Origin: a virus
Lineage: Duplodnaviria > Caudoviricetes
DNA length: 32,659 nucleotides
IMG/VR virus record: IMGVR_UViG_3300033076_001440
Coordinates: 1-32,659 of that record
Direction: 5' to 3' (one strand)
Shown here: piece by piece, positions 23,975-32,393 of the stretch
Layout: each line of letters starts with the position of its first letter
Position numbering within the stretch: position 1 is the stretch's first letter
Position numbers and translations under genes: made by a program
The notes under the pieces: generated by a model
The model's input: only the letters and a program-made list of their open reading frames with translations
What the model was told of the DNA's origin: nothing
The model's database searches: none

Positions 23975-24142
23975 ATGAAACTCGCATGTCTCGCCTGCAT
24001 CCTTTCCGCAGTAAGCGCCTGCCTGAACTGTTGCGCCGCCATCCCCCCCGGGGCATCCTTCCGGCTCCCGCTCCCCAAACAAGGAGGCACCATCAATTGG
24101 GAGGCTTACGACGAGAGCCTTTTCCCGCCGGGTGGGAAGTAA
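23975..24142 (+). CDS. small putative lipoprotein (o-spanin-like, 55 aa)
   Basis: MKLACLACILSAVSACLNCC signal with lipobox-like Cys, Pro-rich mature part, C/A-rich leader. Confidence 0.5.
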   Translation: MKLACLACILSAVSACLNCCAAIPPGASFRLPLPKQGGTINWEAYDESLFPPGGK

Positions 24143-24179
24143 TTCACCAGACTCGTCTCATCATCCATTTTTGCTATTT

Positions 24180-24386
24180 ATGAAATCACTCCTCTCCACC
24201 GCCGCCCGTTCCTTCGTCACCCAATGGGCTCCCCGTCAGGTTCTCAAACTCGTCGCCGCCGCCGCCACCGTCATTGGGGTGAGTGATGCCGCCACCGTCA
24301 ACCACACCGCGGCCTTCGTGGTCGCGGGTGCCACCTTCCTCACAGAACTTGTGGTGAGCCGCATCGCTCACAAATCCAAGTCCTGA
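24180..24386 (+). CDS. putative holin (68 aa)
   Basis: Two hydrophobic segments and a basic C-terminus HKSKS. Confidence 0.55.
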   Translation: MKSLLSTAARSFVTQWAPRQVLKLVAAAATVIGVSDAATVNHTAAFVVAGATFLTELVVSRIAHKSKS

Positions 24387-24392
24387 GGTCTA

Positions 24393-24430
24393 GGGCTGCG
24401 GTGTTTCCGGGGGGATTTGCACCGCAGCCC
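24393..24430 (+). terminator. strong intergenic hairpin (terminator or RNA-stability element)
   Basis: GGGCTGCGGTG-N16-CACCGCAGCCC, a perfect 11-bp stem with no clear U-tract. Confidence 0.45.
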
Positions 24431-24447
24431 GATTCCTTCCCACAGCC

Positions 24448-24576
24448 ATGATCACACTCCGCCGCCTCTGCCGCGCACTGCCTGCGCTCCTTGAAATCGC
24501 GGCCGTCATCGGCCTCACCCTCGCATGGGTTCTGTGGTTTCTGCTCCGCGTCATTGATCCTCTCGCCGCGCCATGA
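24448..24576 (+). CDS. small single-TM protein (42 aa)
   Basis: MITLRRLCRALPALLEIAAVIGLTLAWVLWFLLRV... ATGA overlap with the next gene. Confidence 0.55.
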   Translation: MITLRRLCRALPALLEIAAVIGLTLAWVLWFLLRVIDPLAAP

Positions 24577-24773
24577 CCGCACCTCGCCCCGCTCCTCACA
24601 TCTGGCAGATCCCCACCGTCAATCCGACGGGGACGGCGTCCATGGTGGAACGGGTGCGCTCCACCAGCTCCACCACCACCACCACCGTCACGGAGCCTCT
24701 GGCTAATCTGATCTATCCCTGGGCTTGCCCCCTTTTCCTCGTCCTTGCTATCCGCTGGATTCTCCGCCCATGA
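24573..24773 (+). CDS. small protein with C-terminal TM helix (66 aa)
   Basis: ATGA overlaps on both sides. Confidence 0.55.
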   Translation: MTAPRPAPHIWQIPTVNPTGTASMVERVRSTSSTTTTTVTEPLANLIYPWACPLFLVLAIRWILRP

Positions 24774-26992
24774 ACCGCCGCCAAATCGCCGTCACCTGCC
24801 GCCAGCGCATCGTCGAACTGACGCACCCTCAGGGGACGCCACTCGACATCGTGCTGTCTCTCGGCCCGGGGATGAGCATCACGGAATCAACGGTATTCCG
24901 TGCGGATCTCCAGACCGCCCGGTTTCCTGCCTCGGCTCCTCTTGCCCGTACTGCGGATGTGACGGCCGCCCCCGGCGCTCCCGGCCCGTGGACGCTGCCC
25001 CTGAGCGGAGCTCAGCTCAATCAGACCGTCACCGGCGAGTCCTCCCGTTTCTGGCTGCCTGTCTATGCCGTCGTAGGTGGCACGCGCATTGAGCCTCTGG
25101 TGGGGATCGTCATCACCCTCACCGCCAACAACATTTCCTCCCTCGCGCCGCCACCGCCGGTGGAGCCCCTGTACCTGACGGAGGCAATCGCCTCGGATCT
25201 CTACGCGGCGCTGGCTGATTTCGATGCGTTGGAGGCTCGCGTGGACTCGCTGGAAACTCAGGAAGGAGGGGGCGCTCAAGCCGACTGGAACGCCACCTCG
25301 GGCCCCTCTCAGATCCTCAACAAGCCCACCCTCGGGACCTCCTCCTCTCGCAACGTCGGCACTGGTGCCGGGGATGTGGCGGCCGGGAATCACACCCACT
25401 CCTCCACCAGTCAGATCGCCGGTCTGGATACGGCACTCGCCGGGAAGGCTGCATCATCGCACGGGCATGAGATAGGGGATGTCTCCGGTCTCTCGGGTGC
25501 GCTCGGCGCAAAGGCTGATTTGTCAGGAGGCAAAATCCTCGTCTCTCAGATCCCCGCCATCGCCATCTCGGAGTTCCTCGGGCCGGTAGCCTCTCAGGCC
25601 GCGATGCTCGCACTCAATGGGGAACGGGGTGACTGGTGTGCGCGGACGGATCTTGGGAAGGCCTTCATTGTCACCGCTGAACCGTCCTCACTAATCGCCA
25701 ACTGGTTTGAGTGGATCTATCCGGTCTCGCCGGTGATCAGTGTCGCGGGCAAAACAGGTGCTGTCACGCTTTCCGCCGGGGACATTGGAGACAGTACCGC
25801 TATCGGCCGTGCTCTGCTCACCGCCATCGACGTCGCCGCGGCGCGGAGTGCTCTGGGCCTCGGCGCTTTATCCACTCTGTCCACCATCGGAACCTCGCAG
25901 ATTGGGGATGGTGTTGTTACCGCCACGAAACTTGCAAACACAACGGTCTCCCCGGGTACCTACACGCTGGCAACCCTCACCATCGACGCCCAAGGCCGCA
26001 TTACAAATGCTGCCAATGGCACTCCCGGAGGCGCTCCGGCAGGCTCAGGCTCTGAACTCCAGTTCCGCAACGGGGGCTCCTTTGGCGCTGTGCCAAACAC
26101 ATCGGTCTCCGGGGGTGCGATCACGATGGGCGGGGCGGAGAACTACGGTGCGTCTCCCGGCGCACTAATCACTCTACGGAATACAACCCCGGCGACTGCC
26201 GGTACGCAGCAGGTATCGCCAGCCCTCACGCTGGTAGGTCAGGGCTGGAACTCTACGGCGGTGGCAAGTCAGTCCGTGGAGATGCAAACGTTGATCCGGC
26301 CATCGTCAGCAGCCGGACCCCCCACATCGGTATGGGTATTGAGAAGCAGAGCTAACGCAGGTGCCTGGACCGATCAGGCTGTCATCGGGAACGGGTTGGC
26401 TACTTTACCGTGGACTACAGGGACTGCATTTGATGTGAGTGGTGCGCGACTGTGGGCGTCCGCCTGTCGGCTTAATGCGAGCGGTCTGGTTCAGTGGTCC
26501 GACAGCGCCAGTGTAGATACTACCGCCGATCTTTTTCTGCGACGCCGTGCTAGCCACAATTTGCATTTAGGACCGTCTGATGCAGCCTCTCCGGTAGCAC
26601 AGACACTCTCAGTCCAGTCCGCGACGGGAGAAAATACTTCGGCATCTGGTGCGGTATTCACCGTCGATGGAGCTCGTGGCACGGGTACGGGGGCCGGCGG
26701 CGATGTTCGAGTGCGAGTTGCCCCTAACGGCTCGGCCGGATTAACCCAGAATGCACTGGTTGAGGCGGTGCGCTGGCGAGCCACTGACCTCGCCTCCGTT
26801 TGCGCCGGTCCCGTCGTCGCTGGCGGGCCGGTGGTACTGGCCACGTTCACCGTCGCTACCGTTCCCTTATCGTCTCTGTGGACGCGGGGGCTCATCTGGG
26901 TGTCAGACGATACTGGGGGACCAACACCAGCGTTTTCCGACGGGGCGAACTGGCGGCGTGTCGCAGATCGGGCTGTTGTCGCTATCGCCTAA
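24770..26992 (+). CDS. tail fibre protein (740 aa)
   Basis: Mosaic fibre motifs QADWNATSG..QILNKP, HTH/HGH-..I.GL..AL..KA repeats, VISVAGKTGAVTL, PGTYT..TIDAQGRIT, ELQF..GG.FG and AFSDGANWRR. Confidence 0.88.
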   Translation: MNRRQIAVTCRQRIVELTHPQGTPLDIVLSLGPGMSITESTVFRADLQTARFPASAPLARTADVTAAPGAPGPWTLPLSGAQLNQTVTGESSRFWLPVYAVVGGTRIEPLVGIVITLTANNISSLAPPPPVEPLYLTEAIASDLYAALADFDALEARVDSLETQEGGGAQADWNATSGPSQILNKPTLGTSSSRNVGTGAGDVAAGNHTHSSTSQIAGLDTALAGKAASSHGHEIGDVSGLSGALGAKADLSGGKILVSQIPAIAISEFLGPVASQAAMLALNGERGDWCARTDLGKAFIVTAEPSSLIANWFEWIYPVSPVISVAGKTGAVTLSAGDIGDSTAIGRALLTAIDVAAARSALGLGALSTLSTIGTSQIGDGVVTATKLANTTVSPGTYTLATLTIDAQGRITNAANGTPGGAPAGSGSELQFRNGGSFGAVPNTSVSGGAITMGGAENYGASPGALITLRNTTPATAGTQQVSPALTLVGQGWNSTAVASQSVEMQTLIRPSSAAGPPTSVWVLRSRANAGAWTDQAVIGNGLATLPWTTGTAFDVSGARLWASACRLNASGLVQWSDSASVDTTADLFLRRRASHNLHLGPSDAASPVAQTLSVQSATGENTSASGAVFTVDGARGTGTGAGGDVRVRVAPNGSAGLTQNALVEAVRWRATDLASVCAGPVVAGGPVVLATFTVATVPLSSLWTRGLIWVSDDTGGPTPAFSDGANWRRVADRAVVAIA

Positions 26993-27003
26993 ACTGTTGT
27001 GCC

Positions 27004-27627
27004 ATGACTAAACTCAAAATACCCTACGAAATCCTGATCCGCTATGGCCCCAACGGTGAATATCAGGGAGCACACCATATCTTCCGGGAGGTGATTCTGG
27101 ACGAAAGCGAATCTCCGCTTTCCGAACGTCTCCTTCCGGCAACGCCGTTTGGCTCCGATCCGGATTTCCCTCCATCGTTGTTGTTGGGGTTGGTTGCCTC
27201 CGAGGCCTTGGCCGAAAATAGCCTCAAAGCCGCCGCTCTCTCCGCCGCAGAACTGGTCAGGGATGCAGCCATTGCCGCACGAGACGAAGCCGTCGTCGCG
27301 CAAAACGAAGCCATCGCCGCACGAGACGTCGCACTCTCGCAGGTCGAGACCCTCACCGCACAGATCAGCGCACTCACCGCGCAACCTGAGCGCCCACCCG
27401 GTAAGTGGTGGCCGCACGCCGCCGCGTTCCTCGAAGAGTTTACTCCGGAGGAACTCCTCGCCGTCCATACCAGCCAGGTGTCTCTCGTTGTCCAGCTCCT
27501 CATGACTCTTCTCGCGTGGACCGGAGAGGTCTGGTCCGCAGATTCCCGGATCTCCATGGGCCTGCAGGCTCTCGTCTCTTTGGGGGTTCTCACCCCCGAA
27601 CGCCGCACCGCAATCCTCGCCGAATAA
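27004..27627 (+). CDS. tail fibre-associated protein/chaperone
   Basis: Follows the fibre. PYEILIR...GAH N-domain, AIAARD heptad repeats, C-terminal LV.LG.LTPERR.AIL motif typical of fibre accessory proteins. Confidence 0.7.
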   Translation: MTKLKIPYEILIRYGPNGEYQGAHHIFREVILDESESPLSERLLPATPFGSDPDFPPSLLLGLVASEALAENSLKAAALSAAELVRDAAIAARDEAVVAQNEAIAARDVALSQVETLTAQISALTAQPERPPGKWWPHAAAFLEEFTPEELLAVHTSQVSLVVQLLMTLLAWTGEVWSADSRISMGLQALVSLGVLTPERRTAILAE

Positions 27628-27631
27628 TCCC

Positions 27632-28258
27632 ATGTCCGCTCTCCTCCCACCATCTCGCCCCCGTCTCTCCTCCACCGCGTTTTTTGATCGCGTGGAACAA
27701 TGCTTCGGCGCTCCCGCCCGCGCCTCCCTCCTCGCCCTGCCTTTTTTCATCGGCGGGATTCCGGGGTACTACATGCAGTCGATGGGAGACCCCACAAAGA
27801 ATGACCGCGGCATCTATGATGACTGCATCGTCCTTGTGACGCGGAATGTCTTCGCGGCATGGAACGGCAACACCGATCCCTCCACTCACCGTCAAGACAT
27901 CGCCACTCTACAGCCGGGCATCTACCCGTGCTATCAATTCGACCGGCACAACGGCTCCCGTCCTCACAACGCTATCTGCCAGCGCCGCGGGCCGGTGATC
28001 ATCCGGCGGGATGGCACGGAGTCCATTCCCAAGGGGGAATCTGATGGGCGTGGGTTCAGCCTTGGCGGTGGCCTCTGGCGCGGAAACTTCGGCATCAACA
28101 TCCATCGCGGTGGAGTGAATGGGACATCGTCTCTCGGCTGCCAGACCGTGCCTCCGTCCCAATGGGATGCCTTCTACGCCCTAGCCAAGGGAGAGGCGCA
28201 ACGGGTTTGGGGCCGTCAATGGGACAAGGAAACGATCACCTACGCGCTCCTCTCATGA
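27632..28258 (+). CDS. putative endolysin, L,D-transpeptidase (YkuD)-like Cys-His peptidase
   Basis: NDRGIYDD, NTDPS, ATLQPG.Y, and GINIHRGGVNGTSSLGCQT (H...SxGC). Confidence 0.75.
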   Translation: MSALLPPSRPRLSSTAFFDRVEQCFGAPARASLLALPFFIGGIPGYYMQSMGDPTKNDRGIYDDCIVLVTRNVFAAWNGNTDPSTHRQDIATLQPGIYPCYQFDRHNGSRPHNAICQRRGPVIIRRDGTESIPKGESDGRGFSLGGGLWRGNFGINIHRGGVNGTSSLGCQTVPPSQWDAFYALAKGEAQRVWGRQWDKETITYALLS

Positions 28259-28929
28259 CTCACGCAGGCCACGGCAAAATCGCACGCCTCCCGCACCGCC
28301 TCCGGGAGGAACTCAACCTGCGGCTCCTCGACGGGGCCCTCGGTCCGCAGGTGCTGCCTTGGCTTAATGGCCTGCCCGAAATGCAGGCGGTGCTGGCTGC
28401 TCATTTCAACGGCGAGGAAGTGTCAGCGAAAAACCTCAGCGATTACCGGCAGGGCGCATACGCCCAATGGCTCTCGCGCCGTGACCAGCTCACCCGCCAG
28501 CAAACCCTCTCCGCCCACGCCCTCGAAGTCGTCAAAGCCTCCGGCCTTAACCTCTCCTCCGCCGCCACCGCCCTCGCCGCCGGTCGCCTCTATGAGGCGA
28601 TCGAAACCATCAATGACGAAGGCGCACCACCGGCCGAAATCCTAGAGGCGGTCAACGCCATCCGGACCCTCGACATCCAAGAAAAGAAGCTCGCCCTCAA
28701 AGAGAGGGAGATTGAATCAAAGGGCCGGGAAGTCACTCTCAAGGAACTCTCCTTCTTCATGGCCACGGCCAAGAAAGTCGCAGAACTAGCACAGTCAGCG
28801 GAGGTTCAACGCATCGCCTCCGGCCCGGGGACTGAGGAAGATCGCATGCGCCAACTCGCCGGGCTCATCTTCGGCGAAGACTTAATCGCCGAACGTGAGC
28901 AAAGAGCAAAAAGCGCCATTGGTCAGTAA
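28255..28929 (+). CDS. Mu gp27-like (DUF3486) small terminase subunit
   Basis: GKIARLP..LREELN.RL.DG N-terminus. ATGA overlap at 28255, directly upstream of the large terminase. Confidence 0.8.
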   Translation: MTHAGHGKIARLPHRLREELNLRLLDGALGPQVLPWLNGLPEMQAVLAAHFNGEEVSAKNLSDYRQGAYAQWLSRRDQLTRQQTLSAHALEVVKASGLNLSSAATALAAGRLYEAIETINDEGAPPAEILEAVNAIRTLDIQEKKLALKEREIESKGREVTLKELSFFMATAKKVAELAQSAEVQRIASGPGTEEDRMRQLAGLIFGEDLIAEREQRAKSAIGQ

Positions 28930-30577
28930 CCGGCTCATCACGTTCCTCCCCTATCAAAGGGAGAGTCTGACGTGTCCATACCGGCTCTATGCAGACGAGT
29001 GGTCCCGGCAGACCGGGAAGACTTTCAAGGGATCGTCGTGGGCGTTGTTGGAGTGCATGTCCCGGCGTCACAATTTCGTGACCACTCTCTCCGCCAGCCT
29101 CCGGCAGGGCGCTCTCGTGATCCGCAAAGACGCGGAGGTGTGGCGCTCCGTCATCGACAAATACAGGGAACTGGTCGCCTCCAACGACAAGCAGCTCCGC
29201 ACAAATGCCGACGACGATAAGGGGAACCTTCTGGACATCGACGCCATTTCCGATCTCCTCGAAACGGGCAAGCTCGAAGCAAAGGTGTGGTGGGGACGCA
29301 CCGCTGGTGATTATTCCTCCCATCAGATTTTCGCCGCCAACCCGGATACCGTTCGCGGTGCCACCGGCTCAGTGTTCTGGGATGAGGCTTTCTTGACAGC
29401 GGAGTTTAGAGAGTGCCTCCGCGCCGCTCGTTCCATCATCGCCCGCCGTCAGGATGCCCGCTTCATCCTTGCCAGCTCCCCTCCCATCTCCTCCTCCCAC
29501 GAGTCGTGGGACATTCTCTATCATGAGTCCAAGTTCCCGGTTTCCCCAAAGGGCAACTGGCGGCAGGCAAAAGCCAAGAAAGACGAGTACGGCATGTGGA
29601 TCCTACGGGTGGACGGCTACGATGCAGAGGCGGCAGGGATCAAGTGGTACGACGAGGAAACCGGAACTCCCATCTCTGTGGCGGAAGCCCGGGCGCGTAA
29701 TGACGACAAGGACGGCTTTGATCGGGAGGCTTTGCTTCTCTACAAATCCTCTGGGGTCGATGCGATTCCCTACCATCTACTCGTTCAAGCGCAGACCCGG
29801 GGTGCAGACGACGGCGTCGCCTTCGATCTCGGGTCCGTCACGGATCTGGATAACCTTTCGGTCGATGGACTCACGGCCGCCCTCCTCTCACTCCTCCCTC
29901 CCTCATGGGCAGATCCCATCCTTCCCTCAGCGGAAATCGGCATCGGCCATGACCAAGCCACCAGCGACGGCAAGGACTCCAACCCGTCATCCATCACCGT
30001 CACAGAAAAGGACGGATTGATCCGCAAGACCCGGCTGGTGGTGCGCTGGAAAAGCCGGTCGCCCGGGGTGAACGAAGCGATCCTCCTCCGGGTGATCATG
30101 GATCTGATCCGCCGGGGGATTCGGCCCCGCGGTCTCGCCATCGACGCATCTAACGAAACATTCAACGCTCTCCGGTTGCGGTCCGCGTTCTCCCATCTGG
30201 TACCCGTGGAGCTGATCAAATCTGGCGAGTCGTGGGTTGATCCTGCCACCGGCACGAAGATGTTGTGGAAGCAACGGCTGGGGGATAACTACGTGGAGTC
30301 TTTCCTGAACGGCTGCCATTGGCTGCCCTCCGGCGACTGGCTCGTCGCAGACCACAGCCTCGCCACCAAAGGCCCCAGCGGCTACGATAACCGGACCTCC
30401 AAGGGCAACCACGGGGACACGTTCGACAGCGGCAAACTGGCTGAGGAAATGCTCCGGCAGTCGCGCTGCTCCACCGCCATCGAAGGTGTGTCGGCTGGCA
30501 CGCTCACCGCCAGCGCCCCCAACGACGACGACGACGATTCCACTCAAACCCCCAATCAAACCCCCATCCTATCATGA
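28895..30577 (+). CDS. terL: terminase large subunit (Mu gp28-like)
   Basis: LPYQ, WSRQTGKT (Walker A), RGATGSVFWDEA (Walker B), and nuclease motifs IGHD, IDAS and HGDTF. Confidence 0.93.
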   Translation: MSKEQKAPLVSNRLITFLPYQRESLTCPYRLYADEWSRQTGKTFKGSSWALLECMSRRHNFVTTLSASLRQGALVIRKDAEVWRSVIDKYRELVASNDKQLRTNADDDKGNLLDIDAISDLLETGKLEAKVWWGRTAGDYSSHQIFAANPDTVRGATGSVFWDEAFLTAEFRECLRAARSIIARRQDARFILASSPPISSSHESWDILYHESKFPVSPKGNWRQAKAKKDEYGMWILRVDGYDAEAAGIKWYDEETGTPISVAEARARNDDKDGFDREALLLYKSSGVDAIPYHLLVQAQTRGADDGVAFDLGSVTDLDNLSVDGLTAALLSLLPPSWADPILPSAEIGIGHDQATSDGKDSNPSSITVTEKDGLIRKTRLVVRWKSRSPGVNEAILLRVIMDLIRRGIRPRGLAIDASNETFNALRLRSAFSHLVPVELIKSGESWVDPATGTKMLWKQRLGDNYVESFLNGCHWLPSGDWLVADHSLATKGPSGYDNRTSKGNHGDTFDSGKLAEEMLRQSRCSTAIEGVSAGTLTASAPNDDDDDSTQTPNQTPILS

Positions 30578-32145
30578 AGTTTTTCAAGGCCATCCTGTGC
30601 CGGTTGCTGCCCACCACGTACGATTCAATCGCGCCGGTCAATGCACAGGCGTTCAGCAGCTCGTGCCTCGACGGGATTACTCTGGATCGCCTCATGGCCA
30701 TCCTCAGCGCATCTCGGGACGGCAACAGTGACGATCTGTTCGCGGTCTATGCCGACATTCAGGGACGGGACACCACCTTCATCGCCGGTGCCCTGCAACG
30801 AAAAGGACCTCTCGTCGCCCGTCCCTTCAGCGTCACCCTGCCACAATCCTCCGATCCTCAATCGGTGGCCGCTCGCGATTTCCTGCGGTCTCAGATGGCC
30901 TCGGTCAAGGGCCGCAGAGTCGTCATCGCCCACCTTCTCGACGCCTCGACATGGCCCGTCGCCGTCGTCGAAAAAGTGTACCGTCCCGCTGCTCCCGGCT
31001 CCGCCCATTACTACGATCTGGTGGAGCTGCGGCCGGTGCCGTTCTGGCGGCTGACATTCCGTGCCGACTCCAATGGCCCGGCCGGTCAGCTCAAGGTGTA
31101 TCGGGTCAATCCCGATGGCACCCGCGCCTTTGAGACAGACCCTCTCGATCCGGCCCGCTTTGTCGTCCACCGCGGTCACTTGTTGCAGTCGCTGCCGGAT
31201 TGCTGGGGCGGCCCGATGCGAGCGGTGGTGGCGTGGTGGTTCTTTGCCGTCTGGGCGCGTCAGGCCAGCGCCAACAATTTGGAGCAAACGAACCTTCCCA
31301 AGTTCATCGCCCGCTACTCGCGAGTCGATGCAGAAAAAAGCCGGAAGGAGTTACTTCGCGCATTCTCCCGCGCCTCCACATCCTCCGCTCTCGTCATCCC
31401 TGAGGACGCCAGAGTTGAAGCGATCTCCACCCTCAAGGGCGAGACGACGACGGCATTCATGGATTTCATCGCCTTGTGTCAGAGGGAAATCGCCAAGGTG
31501 ATCATCGGCCAAACCCTCACCCTCGAAGCGCAGGCGCAGGGCCTAGGATCTGGACAGAGCAACGTGCAGGCCGATGCCCTCTCCGGCATCCGCGAATTCG
31601 ACGCCGCCCTCCTCGCCGAAACGTGGGAGGATCAGATTTTCCAGCCGCTCCTCCGCGCCAACGGCATCCGATCCCCACAGGCCCCTCAGCTCTCGTGGAC
31701 TGCCGAAGACGACGCCGCCCAGGTCAAAGCCGACATGCTCAATGACCTCTATCTCGCCGGGCTCCGCGTCCGCGCCGATGGTCTCGACAAGCTCTCAGGC
31801 ATCGTCGGTCTCCCCATGGAGTACATCCCCTCGAAAAACGGGGTGCTGGGTCTGTCGGCTGGCGATGATCGTCGCGTCCGCCAGCCCGTGACCGTCCAGG
31901 GGCAGGCCGCGATTGATGAGCTGGCCGATGCCGGTGCCGAATCTCTGTCGATGGCGATGGCGGCTGAGCTTGCGCCTGTCCGGCGCGCTGTCGGCGCAGC
32001 CAAGTCGCCGGTCGATTTGGAGTCGCAGATCGCTGCCGCGGTCGCTGATTTTGCTCCTCATCGAGCCGTTCGGGTCCTCGAACAGATCATGTCCGGCTCC
32101 GTCGCCAACGGTCTGATGGCTGCCTCTGAGTCGGGCGAGCAATGA
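30574..32145 (+). CDS. portal protein (Mu gp29/DUF935)
   Basis: RD........LQRK, HLLDA, LPKFIARY, IPED..VE, FI..C.REIAKVIIGQTLT, and DA..LAET...Q...PLL..N motifs. Confidence 0.92.
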   Translation: MKFFKAILCRLLPTTYDSIAPVNAQAFSSSCLDGITLDRLMAILSASRDGNSDDLFAVYADIQGRDTTFIAGALQRKGPLVARPFSVTLPQSSDPQSVAARDFLRSQMASVKGRRVVIAHLLDASTWPVAVVEKVYRPAAPGSAHYYDLVELRPVPFWRLTFRADSNGPAGQLKVYRVNPDGTRAFETDPLDPARFVVHRGHLLQSLPDCWGGPMRAVVAWWFFAVWARQASANNLEQTNLPKFIARYSRVDAEKSRKELLRAFSRASTSSALVIPEDARVEAISTLKGETTTAFMDFIALCQREIAKVIIGQTLTLEAQAQGLGSGQSNVQADALSGIREFDAALLAETWEDQIFQPLLRANGIRSPQAPQLSWTAEDDAAQVKADMLNDLYLAGLRVRADGLDKLSGIVGLPMEYIPSKNGVLGLSAGDDRRVRQPVTVQGQAAIDELADAGAESLSMAMAAELAPVRRAVGAAKSPVDLESQIAAAVADFAPHRAVRVLEQIMSGSVANGLMAASESGEQ

Positions 32146-32252
32146 CCCTATTCACCCATTCTGCATCACGATCCTCTCTGAATCTCGGCAACTCCCTGAT
32201 TCACAGTGCTTTCCGGTATTTCCCACTGGTTCACTCTTTTTCCCTCCTTTCA
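32143..32252 (+). repeat. Right end: putative transposase-binding sites (Mu L1/L2-like spacing)
   Basis: TGACCCTATTCACCCATTCTG (32143-32163) matches the reverse complement of 107-127 at 19/21. ACTGGTTCAC...TTTCA spans 32225-32252. Cores are 79 bp apart, with a weaker CCTGATTCAC at 32195-32204. Confidence 0.8.
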
Positions 32253-32257
32253 CGTTG

Positions 32258-32380
32258 TTATCGATCAACCGGAACTCCGCCCCCGCCACCGGCAACGACC
32301 AAGTATTCAACCGTTGTGACAGGTTGATTCAGGCCGGTATTGACGGCGGAAATAATCCCGCCCATATTACGCAGAGACAT
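32258..32380 (-). pseudogene. truncated 5' part of a glycine-rich phage virion protein (foreign flank)
   Basis: AAGGAG SD then MSLRNMGGIISAVNTGLNQPVTTVEYLVVAGGGGG, ending 5 codons later. Confidence 0.6.
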
Positions 32381-32393
32381 ATTTGTCTCCTTG

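Larger units (their letters stand above)
75..32252. mobile_element. Mu-like transposable phage genome (apparently complete, siphovirus-type tail)
   Basis: Begins TGTAAC at 75 and ends TTTCA at 32252. Each terminal CA closes a 28-bp segment that starts with an ACTGGTTCAC box. Contains a DDE transposase, MuB-like ATPase and Mu gp27/28/29/F/G/I/T/36-like genes. Confidence 0.92.

Noticed and set aside
27259-27330. Tandem DNA repeat GCCATT/CGCCGCACGAGACG
   Set aside because: Reflects AIAARD heptad repeats in a coiled coil, not a separate element.
24770-27627. Invertible G-segment or diversity-generating retroelement at the tail fibre
   Set aside because: No serine invertase, second fibre tip, flanking inverted repeats, reverse transcriptase or TR/VR pair was seen.
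32142-32327. 61-aa ORF after the portal
   Set aside because: It runs through the end repeats and across the element boundary into foreign DNA.
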